This document shows positions 47,689 through 56,818 of a stretch of 59,622 nucleotides of DNA, piece after piece (within the stretch, counting starts at the first letter, position 1; each line of letters opens with the position of its first letter). Source of the DNA: Eubacteriales bacterium (lineage in GTDB: Bacteria > Bacillota > Clostridia > Oscillospirales > RGIG5299); contig JAZQKU010000060.1 in assembly GCA_045542315.1 (NCBI GenBank), forward strand, positions 1-59,622, written 5' to 3'. Position numbers and translations under genes: made by a program. Below the pieces are notes generated by a model. That model was not told the origin of the DNA and made no database searches. It saw nothing but the letters and a program-made list of their open reading frames with translations.

Positions 47689-50600
47689 TGCATTTTTCCT
47701 CCTCCGAATCCGCTTGCGGCGGCGTTATCGGTAAATATACCGGTATCTATAAAGGAATAACCGGTTGAACCGTCACGGTCTATGATTCCCGTGTAATCGT
47801 CAAAGGTGGTCTCGTCTGCATAATAATCACTTTGTTTGATATTGCCGTAATGCTCGTTTACTTCCTTTGCAAGATCAATAAGTCCAAATCCGTTGCCGTC
47901 GATCTCCTTGCCCTCAATGAAATAGAAGCCTTTTTTAATGGTATAGGTGTCATACTTCGCGTCGATAAATATACCGTCATTTCTTGTTTTATTTTTTATG
48001 ATTATATCGTCTTCAAAATAAATAAGCACGCCGGTATAAAATTCGGGATCGGGATAAGTGAATATAAAGAGATATTCTTTTTCGGTGTATCCGCTTTCCT
48101 GGTTAAAGAATTTAATATCGGTCTGACCGTCGGTATTTGCCAATGAGATCTCTTTTATGGTTTTATCGAATACAACGTAGTTTGCAAACAGCTTAAGAGT
48201 GTCGGGACGGTCGGTTATCAATCCGTGATATTTGTCGAGATCAAAAACTCCGTTACCGTCGTCACTTAAGCGGACGTATCTTTCCGCAATAGCGTATCTT
48301 TTGTTTTCGAGCTCGCTTGTTTTGTATTCGACCTCAAGATTTTGCTTATCGTCATCGGTAAGCGCCAAAAGATCGGTGCCGGTGTTATATCTTAAGATTT
48401 CGGGCTTTTGCTTTCGGGCGTTACCTTCATACTTTTCAGCGGAGTTTTCGTAATCGAAAACGTAGGTGGTCTGCTCAAAGTCCACCTGTAACGTTTGTGA
48501 GCTGTAATCGTCAACGTCAAAATAATCTCTTACTCCCGACCAAAGCGCTTCCCACCAATTTCCGGCTTCGTTTTTCTTTTCGGCTACGGTGTAGATCTCA
48601 AGCTTTGCGTTTGCCGTTTTTTGAGTGAGATAAAGGGTATCGAATGAAACGTAACGCGAGATAAGAGCCAGATCGTGAGAAATGTTTATTCCAACGTCCT
48701 TGCTTTCAAAATCGCCTACGGGTCTTTTCTTACCCGCTAAAAGAATTCGGTTTGCAATTCGGGTCGATTTTCCTTCGGTATCGGTAAAATATGCGCAAAC
48801 AACGTATTTGAGCTCTTTTTCACCGTTTATATTGTCGGGAGTTGAGCTGTTTCCGAGCATTTTTCCGTTTTTTGTCCAGCCTATTGCCTCGCCCGAAATA
48901 ATGTAGGCAAGCTGCTCCTGGCTTGCATAAGCAATGTCAAGGTTAATAACGGGATAATCGGTGCCCGATGCATCAATTACCTTTTGAGGGAATTTAACCG
49001 AAACAATGCTTTCGGGGTCGCCCTCCTTGCCTTCCTTGTAGATTATCTCGGTGCCGTCCGCATAGTTTCCTTCGGTGTCGCGCACCTTCCAACCGTCTGC
49101 CTGCTCCTTCGTTACTGCCAACAGATCAACCGTTTCGTATCTTGTGGGTATAATGTAGAAATTATAACCCTCGAAAATAACCTCGCCGTTAACGGCAATA
49201 TCCTTTACAAAGAATACGAGAGTGCCGAGATTATTCTTGTCAGAATAAGGCTTTAAAAATACAGAGCCGTTTTCTGCGATGTTTTTCGAGCCGATAACGA
49301 GAAGATCGGCTTCAAGGTAAATACGTGTATTGTTGGTGTCAAAGGCATATTCGCTTCCCATAAAGTAAAGCGATTCGCCCTTGATTCCGGAGCCAACGCG
49401 GTTATTTATCTCCTTGTCGTTTATCGTCAGCTTGCTGAGTTTAACAACGTGGGAATAACCGTTTTCGTCAAAGCTTGCAAAAACCTCGTAAACGCCCTCC
49501 ATAGGAGCGGTGGTGGAATTGAATTCGGGAATCGGGGAGTTATCAAGATATATCTTGAGATTTTCAAGCCCCGAAAGACCGCATTCACTTGTGTAAAGCT
49601 CCGTAATCTTTCCGAGGGTAATACCCTCATCCCTTGTAAAGCTCTTTTTGGTAATTGTTCTGTCTGCAATAGCCGCCTCTATTGCAGAGGTGTTACCCTC
49701 TTTTATTTCGTAAAAGTATACACTGCTGCTGCTTTCGGAATAACAGGAACTGTTTGCGGGATTTACGTAAAAATTTTTGCTTGCGGTTCCGCTGACTTGC
49801 TCACTGCCATTGACCACATTGTATTCATATGTTGTTATAAATAAAACTTTTTTTGATTCTTTTTTAAATTGTATTTCTTTGCTGTTATATGTATGAGTGG
49901 AGAAAAGAGTATTTCCCGAATAAGTAAATTCGGAGGGATCTCCGGTTGAAAGAGAATAAGTGAACTTTTCATCCATTTTCTTATAGGTGGTCTCAGGAGA
50001 GCTTTTGCTTGCACTCGGCGCAGAAGGGGTAGTGTAACTTACGTTGAAGTTGTTCGTAAGACCGACTCCGCCATAATAAAGCATATATTTGCTGTTGCCA
50101 AGGGGTGTTGCCGTCCATCCGGCAACGATACCGTCAATTCTGTCACTCGCATTGCTGTTTCTTACCAACGCGCCGTTTGACATAGTAAGATGATAACTGC
50201 CGTTGTTGCTGAAAATCGCGTATTTTTTGCCCGCCTCAAGAGTGGTTGCGGCGTAATTTTTGTTAAATTCCTGGTAGCTTCCAACGTATTTGACAGCCGC
50301 ATCGTATCTCACCTTGTGAGTAACCTCGTCAACGAAAGCGGGTATGTAACAGTAAAAATAAAGACCTGTATATTTTGCACTGTCGTCTATGCCCAAATCC
50401 TCGGGATAGAATTTGTTTGAATCCTGCCATATAACGTCGCTTCCGTCGGGACTCGTTGCAATTCCGTATTTTGCCTTCGCGTGGTCTACCTTGGTAAGCA
50501 TAATTTCAAAACGTTCATCTCGTCCGATAATTATACCGCCCAAATTAACCGTTTTCGCGTGCTCAATCTTGCAACTATCGGGTATCGCATAGGTGTCAAT

Positions 50601-51443
50601 AGACCATGTTGCATTTCCCGTTGAGGGGTTTGCAATGTCTCCGGTAACGGGAGGCGCGATTGCCGTGGTTTTGAAAACGGCGGGGAAGCTTAAAGCATCG
50701 CCCATAATTTTTCCGTCATTGAGAGAAAGCAACGTTTCTTTAAAATCAGCGCTGAATGCGGTAAAGCGCCCGTCGTTATTTTTTGAAAAGTAATTTGTGT
50801 AATTTAAACTGCCTCCCAAAAGGGTGCTTTGCCATACGGTAGAGGCTCCGAGCTTTCCGTCAACAAGCACGAAATCGTTTAAAGGAAGCGCCTTGCTCTT
50901 CTTATAGGATTCGGGATATATCATAAAGTTTGAGCTGGGAGGAGTGTAATCGACGGTGTAAGAGAAGGTGGAGGTGCCTTTATTAAAACACTCAATCGTA
51001 ATAATATATTTCTTATCGTTAGCCGAGGGTTTCTTGACGTGACATATCGCAACCACCCTGTCGCCGTTTTCGTCCCTCTTCGGAATTCCTCCCGTCTGCT
51101 CGGTGCCGTCAACGATAACGTATTGCTTATATCTGTCCTCGTCCTCGTTTTTTATAACCGTTTCAAAATCGAAATCCTCGTCGCCTTTTAAAACGGCAAA
51201 GTCTGTGGGGAGACCCGTGGTGACCATAACCGCAAGCTCGCTCTTTGCATACTCGATAACAGAGCGGGCGGCAACGTAATCGCCCTCGTAGCGAGCCGTC
51301 TGGTTTGCGGTAAGACTGTGCGCCGTCATAATGGGCATGAGTGCAATCGTCCACAAGACCACTGCGGTACCCACGGCAACGACCATAGGAAGCGAGGAGC
51401 CTTTCTTATTTCTATTAACTTTTTTAAATAATGTTTTTTTCAT
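47685..51443 (-). CDS. Very large PilX/GspK-type pilin-like protein, putative tip adhesin (1252 aa)
   Basis: KKG/SSLPMV class III signal without Glu5, then long beta-rich region; start 51443 by RBS. Confidence 0.72.
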   Translation of the reverse strand: MKKTLFKKVNRNKKGSSLPMVVAVGTAVVLWTIALMPIMTAHSLTANQTARYEGDYVAARSVIEYAKSELAVMVTTGLPTDFAVLKGDEDFDFETVIKNEDEDRYKQYVIVDGTEQTGGIPKRDENGDRVVAICHVKKPSANDKKYIITIECFNKGTSTFSYTVDYTPPSSNFMIYPESYKKSKALPLNDFVLVDGKLGASTVWQSTLLGGSLNYTNYFSKNNDGRFTAFSADFKETLLSLNDGKIMGDALSFPAVFKTTAIAPPVTGDIANPSTGNATWSIDTYAIPDSCKIEHAKTVNLGGIIIGRDERFEIMLTKVDHAKAKYGIATSPDGSDVIWQDSNKFYPEDLGIDDSAKYTGLYFYCYIPAFVDEVTHKVRYDAAVKYVGSYQEFNKNYAATTLEAGKKYAIFSNNGSYHLTMSNGALVRNSNASDRIDGIVAGWTATPLGNSKYMLYYGGVGLTNNFNVSYTTPSAPSASKSSPETTYKKMDEKFTYSLSTGDPSEFTYSGNTLFSTHTYNSKEIQFKKESKKVLFITTYEYNVVNGSEQVSGTASKNFYVNPANSSCYSESSSSVYFYEIKEGNTSAIEAAIADRTITKKSFTRDEGITLGKITELYTSECGLSGLENLKIYLDNSPIPEFNSTTAPMEGVYEVFASFDENGYSHVVKLSKLTINDKEINNRVGSGIKGESLYFMGSEYAFDTNNTRIYLEADLLVIGSKNIAENGSVFLKPYSDKNNLGTLVFFVKDIAVNGEVIFEGYNFYIIPTRYETVDLLAVTKEQADGWKVRDTEGNYADGTEIIYKEGKEGDPESIVSVKFPQKVIDASGTDYPVINLDIAYASQEQLAYIISGEAIGWTKNGKMLGNSSTPDNINGEKELKYVVCAYFTDTEGKSTRIANRILLAGKKRPVGDFESKDVGINISHDLALISRYVSFDTLYLTQKTANAKLEIYTVAEKKNEAGNWWEALWSGVRDYFDVDDYSSQTLQVDFEQTTYVFDYENSAEKYEGNARKQKPEILRYNTGTDLLALTDDDKQNLEVEYKTSELENKRYAIAERYVRLSDDGNGVFDLDKYHGLITDRPDTLKLFANYVVFDKTIKEISLANTDGQTDIKFFNQESGYTEKEYLFIFTYPDPEFYTGVLIYFEDDIIIKNKTRNDGIFIDAKYDTYTIKKGFYFIEGKEIDGNGFGLIDLAKEVNEHYGNIKQSDYYADETTFDDYTGIIDRDGSTGYSFIDTGIFTDNAAASGFGGGKMQ

Positions 51444-51502
51444 TATCAAAATCCCTTCCTCTCGGGAAAACCGAACTGCCATAAATAATATAATGACAGC
51501 TT

Positions 51503-51531
51503 ATTATATCATTTAACAGAAAAGAAGTCAA
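51503..51531 (-). promoter_or_regulatory. sigmaA promoter of the minor pilin operon
   Basis: TTGACT-N17-TATAAT with extended TG. Confidence 0.7.
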
Positions 51532-51633
51532 CAAAAGATGCTGAAAAAGTGGCTTTGAAAGGCGGATTATTATGTGAAAATTTATTAAAAATCAGCTTGA
51601 TTTTTAATATTGCAAATTTTTCGGGGTGGGGGG

Positions 51634-51662
51634 TTGACATTTTGGCTGAAATAGTGTATAAT
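51634..51662 (+). promoter_or_regulatory. Consensus sigmaA promoter of the major pilin
   Basis: TTGACA-N17-TATAAT. Confidence 0.85.
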
Positions 51663-51701
51663 AGCAAAGTCAAATTTTTAAAAACGAAAGGACACCTTGA
51701 A

Positions 51702-52187
51702 ATGAAAAAGAACAATAAAAAAGGCTTTACCCTTGTTGAACTCGTAATCGTAGTTGCCGTTATGGCAGTATTGGTTGCTGTTGCAATCCCCGTTATCGGA
51801 AACATCACCAACAGCGCACAGAATGCAGTTGATGATTCAAATGCCCGCGCAATTGAGAGCATGATCAAAATGAGCGAAGCAAAATTATCTTCTAAAGAAG
51901 TTGCAGCTATAGATGATGCGGATGATAACGTCACCTACGATTCTAACGGAGATGGTACTGCTGAAGAGTTTACCTATGCATCTTTCGTTGATGCAGAGCT
52001 TGAAGCTGCAAAACTCGGAATTACAAACAAGACCTTCTATTATGATATTTCTACCGGCAATTGCTCTTGGAAGACCGATAATCTTGTTACCGGCGACCTT
52101 CAGATTGCATTTGGTACAGATGGTACTGTAGAAGTTACTAAATATACTGCTGCAGGAGCTACTTCCGACGTTGGTTCAAGCAACTAA
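51702..52187 (+). CDS. pilA: Type IV major pilin
   Basis: MKKNNKKG/FTLVELVIVVAVMAVLVAVAIP; consensus promoter. Confidence 0.85.
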   Translation: MKKNNKKGFTLVELVIVVAVMAVLVAVAIPVIGNITNSAQNAVDDSNARAIESMIKMSEAKLSSKEVAAIDDADDNVTYDSNGDGTAEEFTYASFVDAELEAAKLGITNKTFYYDISTGNCSWKTDNLVTGDLQIAFGTDGTVEVTKYTAAGATSDVGSSN

Positions 52188-52383
52188 TTATACAGATAAC
52201 TTTTAGACCTTATCGGATTTGCCGTGGGGTTCTGCTTCGGTAGGATGCCGCTTAGTCTCCACCGTTTGCAAAACCTCACGGCATACGTTTTTTCAAGGCT
52301 TGCCCATCCGTGTCGGATTATAACGACGGATGGGTAGTTTGGATTTTAAGACAACCGCTATCCGAGGTTGATTGGAGGCAAAA

Positions 52384-53931
52384 ATGACTCATATTGCAGT
52401 AATGTTATACCCCGACCGCATAGGAATCGCACGTGTTGGAGCTATAGGCAAAAAGCCCTCTTACGCTCCGCCGATGTGGCTCGGAGATATAGACGTTTTA
52501 AAGCTTGTCGAGGAACCCGCGCGACTTGCCGCTCTTATCAGACAGGAGATAGGCGACGATGAAGTTGTAAGCGTTTACCTCCGCATATGGCCGGCGCTTT
52601 GCAATAATGTTTTGTTTTCACATGCAAAGCATAAGGCAAAGGAAATAGACCGTCTTCGATTTTCCGAGCTTGAAACGGTTTTTCACGGACGCCACGATGA
52701 GCAATACGTAACCGATTACCCTATAGATAACGGCAGATATTCATTTGCCGGCAAATCAAGACACGTTCTTTTCACAGCGCAACGTCGTACCGTTGACTCA
52801 TTGCGTCAGGCTTTTGAAGCAAAAAAGCTTAAGCTTTCCGCAATCGTTCCGATGAGTATTGCTTTCGTAGAGTCTGCAATGCGATACTGTGAAATGGCAG
52901 AGGGAACTACCGCGCTCGTGCTTTTTGACGATGCCTGCACCTCGATTGCGTTAGTCCGTAAAAAGAGTGTTTGCCTTTTGAGAACTCTTGCGCCCGGCGC
53001 GCAAAGCCTCCTTGAAAATTTCTGTGATATAACCGGACTTACTGCGGCGCAGTGCCGCAGGATAATCTGTGCTCCCGAATCCTCGGAGTTGGATAAGCTC
53101 CTCGATAAAGCTCCCATGCTCAAGGATGCGATATACGGCACCTGCAACCGTCTTTGTACCGAGCTTGAGAAGGCGGTTAAATCCATTGATGCCGATAATC
53201 CTCAAATTGATAAGATCATAATCGGCGGATCTCTTGTAGGAAATGAAAAGCTTGCCGCCTACATCGGAGCAAGCCTTGCAACGGAATGTGTAAACGTTGA
53301 AAGAGCAATGTCTGAAAAGAGTGCAAGCGAGCTTTGCATAAGAGAAGAGGACGTAACCGCCGTATTTACCCTTGGCGCGGCAACCTTCACAAGCTGTGAC
53401 CTCCTTTCAGAATGGAGAAAAAAGCAAACCGATAAAAAACAGCAGATAATAATGAGCGCGGCACTTGTTGTAATAGCGGGCGTGCTTATGGCAATAACTC
53501 CCTATCAGTTAAGCAGATTAAAGCAGGAAAAGGAAGCGGCAGAAGCAATTCTCAATCAACCCGAATACCTTTCCGTTCTTAACCTTCTTGACGACAGAAC
53601 TGAAGCAAACCGTGATAAAGCGGCTCTCGTAAAGGCAATAGAGGATCTGCCCTATAATACCTCAAAGGTCGTTTCAATGGTTGAGGAGGTCACTTACGTA
53701 ACTGAAAAATACGGCAGATTAAGCGAAATGAGCGTAAGCCGAAACAATAAAAAGATTTCGTTTACCTTTACTACCGAAAGCTTTGATACCTATCTTGAAT
53801 GGCAGGCAGAGCTTGAAAAAAGCGGAAGGTTTTCCTTCATATCGGTTCCCACCTTTGCGAGCGCCGGCAGCAGCTACGTCGTTCACGCAGAGGTAACCTC
53901 ACCCGATTTTGAATTAAAGGAGGCAAAATAA
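52384..53931 (+). CDS. PilM-PilN fusion alignment protein
   Basis: Divergent actin-like region (IIIGGS), TM, coiled coil, PilN-like C-terminus; GGAGG RBS before ATG 52384. Confidence 0.7.
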   Translation: MTHIAVMLYPDRIGIARVGAIGKKPSYAPPMWLGDIDVLKLVEEPARLAALIRQEIGDDEVVSVYLRIWPALCNNVLFSHAKHKAKEIDRLRFSELETVFHGRHDEQYVTDYPIDNGRYSFAGKSRHVLFTAQRRTVDSLRQAFEAKKLKLSAIVPMSIAFVESAMRYCEMAEGTTALVLFDDACTSIALVRKKSVCLLRTLAPGAQSLLENFCDITGLTAAQCRRIICAPESSELDKLLDKAPMLKDAIYGTCNRLCTELEKAVKSIDADNPQIDKIIIGGSLVGNEKLAAYIGASLATECVNVERAMSEKSASELCIREEDVTAVFTLGAATFTSCDLLSEWRKKQTDKKQQIIMSAALVVIAGVLMAITPYQLSRLKQEKEAAEAILNQPEYLSVLNLLDDRTEANRDKAALVKAIEDLPYNTSKVVSMVEEVTYVTEKYGRLSEMSVSRNNKKISFTFTTESFDTYLEWQAELEKSGRFSFISVPTFASAGSSYVVHAEVTSPDFELKEAK

Positions 53932-54467
53932 TGGATATTTTAAAGAAACTTAAAAAAATATCGTTGCTTCCCATAGTTGCAGTGTCGCTTTTGCTGATAT
54001 TGCTCGTATATTATTTTCAGTATATGGTCCCCGCTCAAGCTGAAATGAACCGATTAAATACGGAAATTGCCCTCCTTCGTGCGCAGGCAGCAACCGTCCG
54101 CGGCTATATCAATAACAGTGAGGGGCTTCAAAATGAAATAAATTCTACCCTGGACGAGATAGAGGAGCTTAACAAAAACGGCTATACAAATGCTTCAAAC
54201 GTCAATACCGTCATCAGCCGCGCAATAAAAGAAAACAATATAACTCTCCGCTCGATTCAGCTTGAAAAAACCACCGTTTCAGGCAATACAGAGATGCTTC
54301 CGATCCGAATAGATTTCATCGGAAAGAGCGAGGACGTATTCAATTTCATTGAATTTTTTGAGAAAAATACCGACGGCGCGTATATCGTCAACTCCCTGCA
54401 GGTTGAAAACACCTCAACTTATTGCACTGTAAGCGTTGTTTTGCATCTTTGCACACCAAAAAAATAA
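53931..54467 (+). CDS. PilO-like protein
   Basis: N-terminal TM, coiled coil, LPIRIDFIG...FIEFFE. Confidence 0.72.
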   Translation: MDILKKLKKISLLPIVAVSLLLILLVYYFQYMVPAQAEMNRLNTEIALLRAQAATVRGYINNSEGLQNEINSTLDEIEELNKNGYTNASNVNTVISRAIKENNITLRSIQLEKTTVSGNTEMLPIRIDFIGKSEDVFNFIEFFEKNTDGAYIVNSLQVENTSTYCTVSVVLHLCTPKK

Positions 54468-54478
54468 GGCGGTATTAA

Positions 54479-55195
54479 ATGGGATTTTTATATGCGGCAA
54501 TAGGTGCGGTTCTCGGCTTTTTTGCAGTATTTGTTTTGAATAAAATGCCGGAACATTCCTTTTGCGACTATGGAGAGGAACCAACGGAAAAGCATAAGGC
54601 ACCACGCTTCAGCTACCGTTTTTATGCGGTAATTTTGGCGTTTTTGGGTATAATAACGGGATATTTGCTATGGAACAACGTGGAAAATGCTGCAGTAAGC
54701 GTAATTTTGCTGTTATTTTGCTCTTTGCTTTTTGCAATTTCGGTGTCCGACAGTAAATATGCAATAATTCCCGACGAGCTTGTAATCGCAGGCGCGGTCC
54801 CCGCGTTGACAGTAGCAGTAATAACGGCTGCAATCGGCGGTAGCCTGATTTCATGGCTTTCACCGGTAATCGGCGCCGCAATCGGCGGCGGAACGGTAAT
54901 CGTAATAAACCTCGCAGGTCGTCTTTTTTATAAGCGTGACGCGCTCGGCATGGGTGACCTTAAACTAATGATAATAATCGGAGTTGCACTCGGCGGAACG
55001 GGAACGGCAATAGCACTTATCATAGGAATAATTGCAGCCGGTGTATGCTTTGCGGTTTTAATGCTTTTTAATAAAGCGAAGGGCGATGAATACCGTCCGC
55101 TTGGTCCGTATCTTGTATTCGGCGCAGTTGCGGCGATAACATTAAGACCTTATATAGACGCGGCAGTTTTGTGGTATATTTCACTGTTTAGCTGA
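54479..55195 (+). CDS. pilD: Prepilin peptidase (A24)
   Basis: SDSKYAIIPD, GMGDLKL, PLGPY. Confidence 0.85.
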   Translation: MGFLYAAIGAVLGFFAVFVLNKMPEHSFCDYGEEPTEKHKAPRFSYRFYAVILAFLGIITGYLLWNNVENAAVSVILLLFCSLLFAISVSDSKYAIIPDELVIAGAVPALTVAVITAAIGGSLISWLSPVIGAAIGGGTVIVINLAGRLFYKRDALGMGDLKLMIIIGVALGGTGTAIALIIGIIAAGVCFAVLMLFNKAKGDEYRPLGPYLVFGAVAAITLRPYIDAAVLWYISLFS

Positions 55196-55212
55196 AATGG
55201 AGGAGATTTGAA

Positions 55213-56796
55213 GTGAATCCGTTTAACAAGAAAAAGAACGATAATACCGAAGATTATGAAAAGATAACGACGGAGCAGACAAGTGCTCTAACCGTGCCCG
55301 ACGTTAAACAGGTCGATCTTTATAGCACGCGAGTTGTCGAGGAGGCACTGTCCCTTATTCCCGAGCATATCGCAAAGGCAAATAAAATGCTTCCGCTTTA
55401 TTTTTCAAAGGATAAAACTACCCTTTTTGTTGCAATGGCAGACCCGAAAAATGAGGATGCGGTAAACAATCTTGGCGTTTATACGGGCCTTCGTCTTGAG
55501 CCTATGCTTGCGCCTGAGGACGTTATTTTTGAAAAAATACGCGAGCTTTATACAACACAGCGCGCATTTTCTGCGGCAAAGGAGCTTGCGGCAACTACCG
55601 AAACGGTAAAGCAGGACGATCATTTAAACGATGAGTCGGTTCCGATAGTCCGTTTTGTAAATAATATGATAGAGCAGGCCGTTATAATGAAGGCGAGCGA
55701 TATTCATATAGAGCCTCACGAGAAGTTCTTGCGAATCCGCTTCAGAATCGACGGCGAAATGATAATCTACCTCGATACCGAGGCAGAGCTTGGCGCATCT
55801 GTTGCCTCGCGTATCAAATTCATTGCGGGTCTTAACATCGCCGAGCGCCGTATCCCGCAGGACGGACGTATTAACTATAATTACGGCAAGGGTATGGTTG
55901 ATTTACGTATTTCGATTCTGCCTTCTGCCTTTGGTGAAACGGTAGTAATGCGTATTACCACCGCCTTGAGCTTTGATCTTGATAAGAAATCAATTGGCTT
56001 CGATGAAGAAAATATGAAGCTTTTTGATAAAATTCTCGGCTATACCCACGGTCTTGTACTTCTCACAGGCCCGACCGGAAGCGGTAAGACCACCACACTT
56101 TACGCAGCTCTTTCGGAGCTTGATAAGCCCAACGTAAATATAATTACTGTTGAAGATCCTATCGAAATGATAATGCCAAACCTCGTTCAGGTTGAGGTAA
56201 ATAATAAAACGGGGCTAACATTTGCGAAGGTAATGCGTTCGATCCTCCGTCAGGACCCCGATATAGTAATGCTCGGTGAAATACGTGACGAAGAAACCGC
56301 AAGAATAGCAATGACGCTTTCCGTCACAGGTCACCTCGTTTTCAGTACCCTTCATACCTTCGACTCACCGAGCGCAGTAACACGTTTGCTTGATATGGGA
56401 CTCGAACCCTATATGGTATATTCCGCCCTTTCTGCGGTAATATCGCAGCGACTCGTAAGAAAGCTATGTCCGAAATGCCGTTACAGATATTTTGCCAAGG
56501 ATCTTGAAAAGGAATTTTTGGGAATTCCCCAGACCGAGCAGGTAGAGCTTTACGCCGCACACGGCTGCGAGCACTGCAATAACACCGGATTCAACGGACG
56601 TACCGCAGTTCACGAAATACTTATGATGTCTAATTCGATCCGTGATATACTTTCAAGCGGCGGCGGTGTTGAAGCTGTAAGAAAGGCTGCAAAAGCCGAC
56701 GGAATGAGAACTCTCCACGATAATCTCCGTCAACTCGTGTTAAACGGCACCACTTCACTTGAGGAAATGAGAAGCACCTACTCCGAATTTGTATAA
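55213..56796 (+). CDS. pilB: Type IV pilus assembly ATPase (GspE/PilB)
   Basis: ASDIHIEP, PQDGR, GPTGSGKTT, LRQDPD, GEIRD, STLH, CPKC/CEHC. Confidence 0.92.
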   Translation: MNPFNKKKNDNTEDYEKITTEQTSALTVPDVKQVDLYSTRVVEEALSLIPEHIAKANKMLPLYFSKDKTTLFVAMADPKNEDAVNNLGVYTGLRLEPMLAPEDVIFEKIRELYTTQRAFSAAKELAATTETVKQDDHLNDESVPIVRFVNNMIEQAVIMKASDIHIEPHEKFLRIRFRIDGEMIIYLDTEAELGASVASRIKFIAGLNIAERRIPQDGRINYNYGKGMVDLRISILPSAFGETVVMRITTALSFDLDKKSIGFDEENMKLFDKILGYTHGLVLLTGPTGSGKTTTLYAALSELDKPNVNIITVEDPIEMIMPNLVQVEVNNKTGLTFAKVMRSILRQDPDIVMLGEIRDEETARIAMTLSVTGHLVFSTLHTFDSPSAVTRLLDMGLEPYMVYSALSAVISQRLVRKLCPKCRYRYFAKDLEKEFLGIPQTEQVELYAAHGCEHCNNTGFNGRTAVHEILMMSNSIRDILSSGGGVEAVRKAAKADGMRTLHDNLRQLVLNGTTSLEEMRSTYSEFV

Positions 56797-56818
56797 TCTG
56801 CAGACTGGAGGAATTTAA

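Noticed and set aside
51549..51701. Extended pilin N-terminus
   Set aside because: Spans the promoter; the class III signal begins at 51702.
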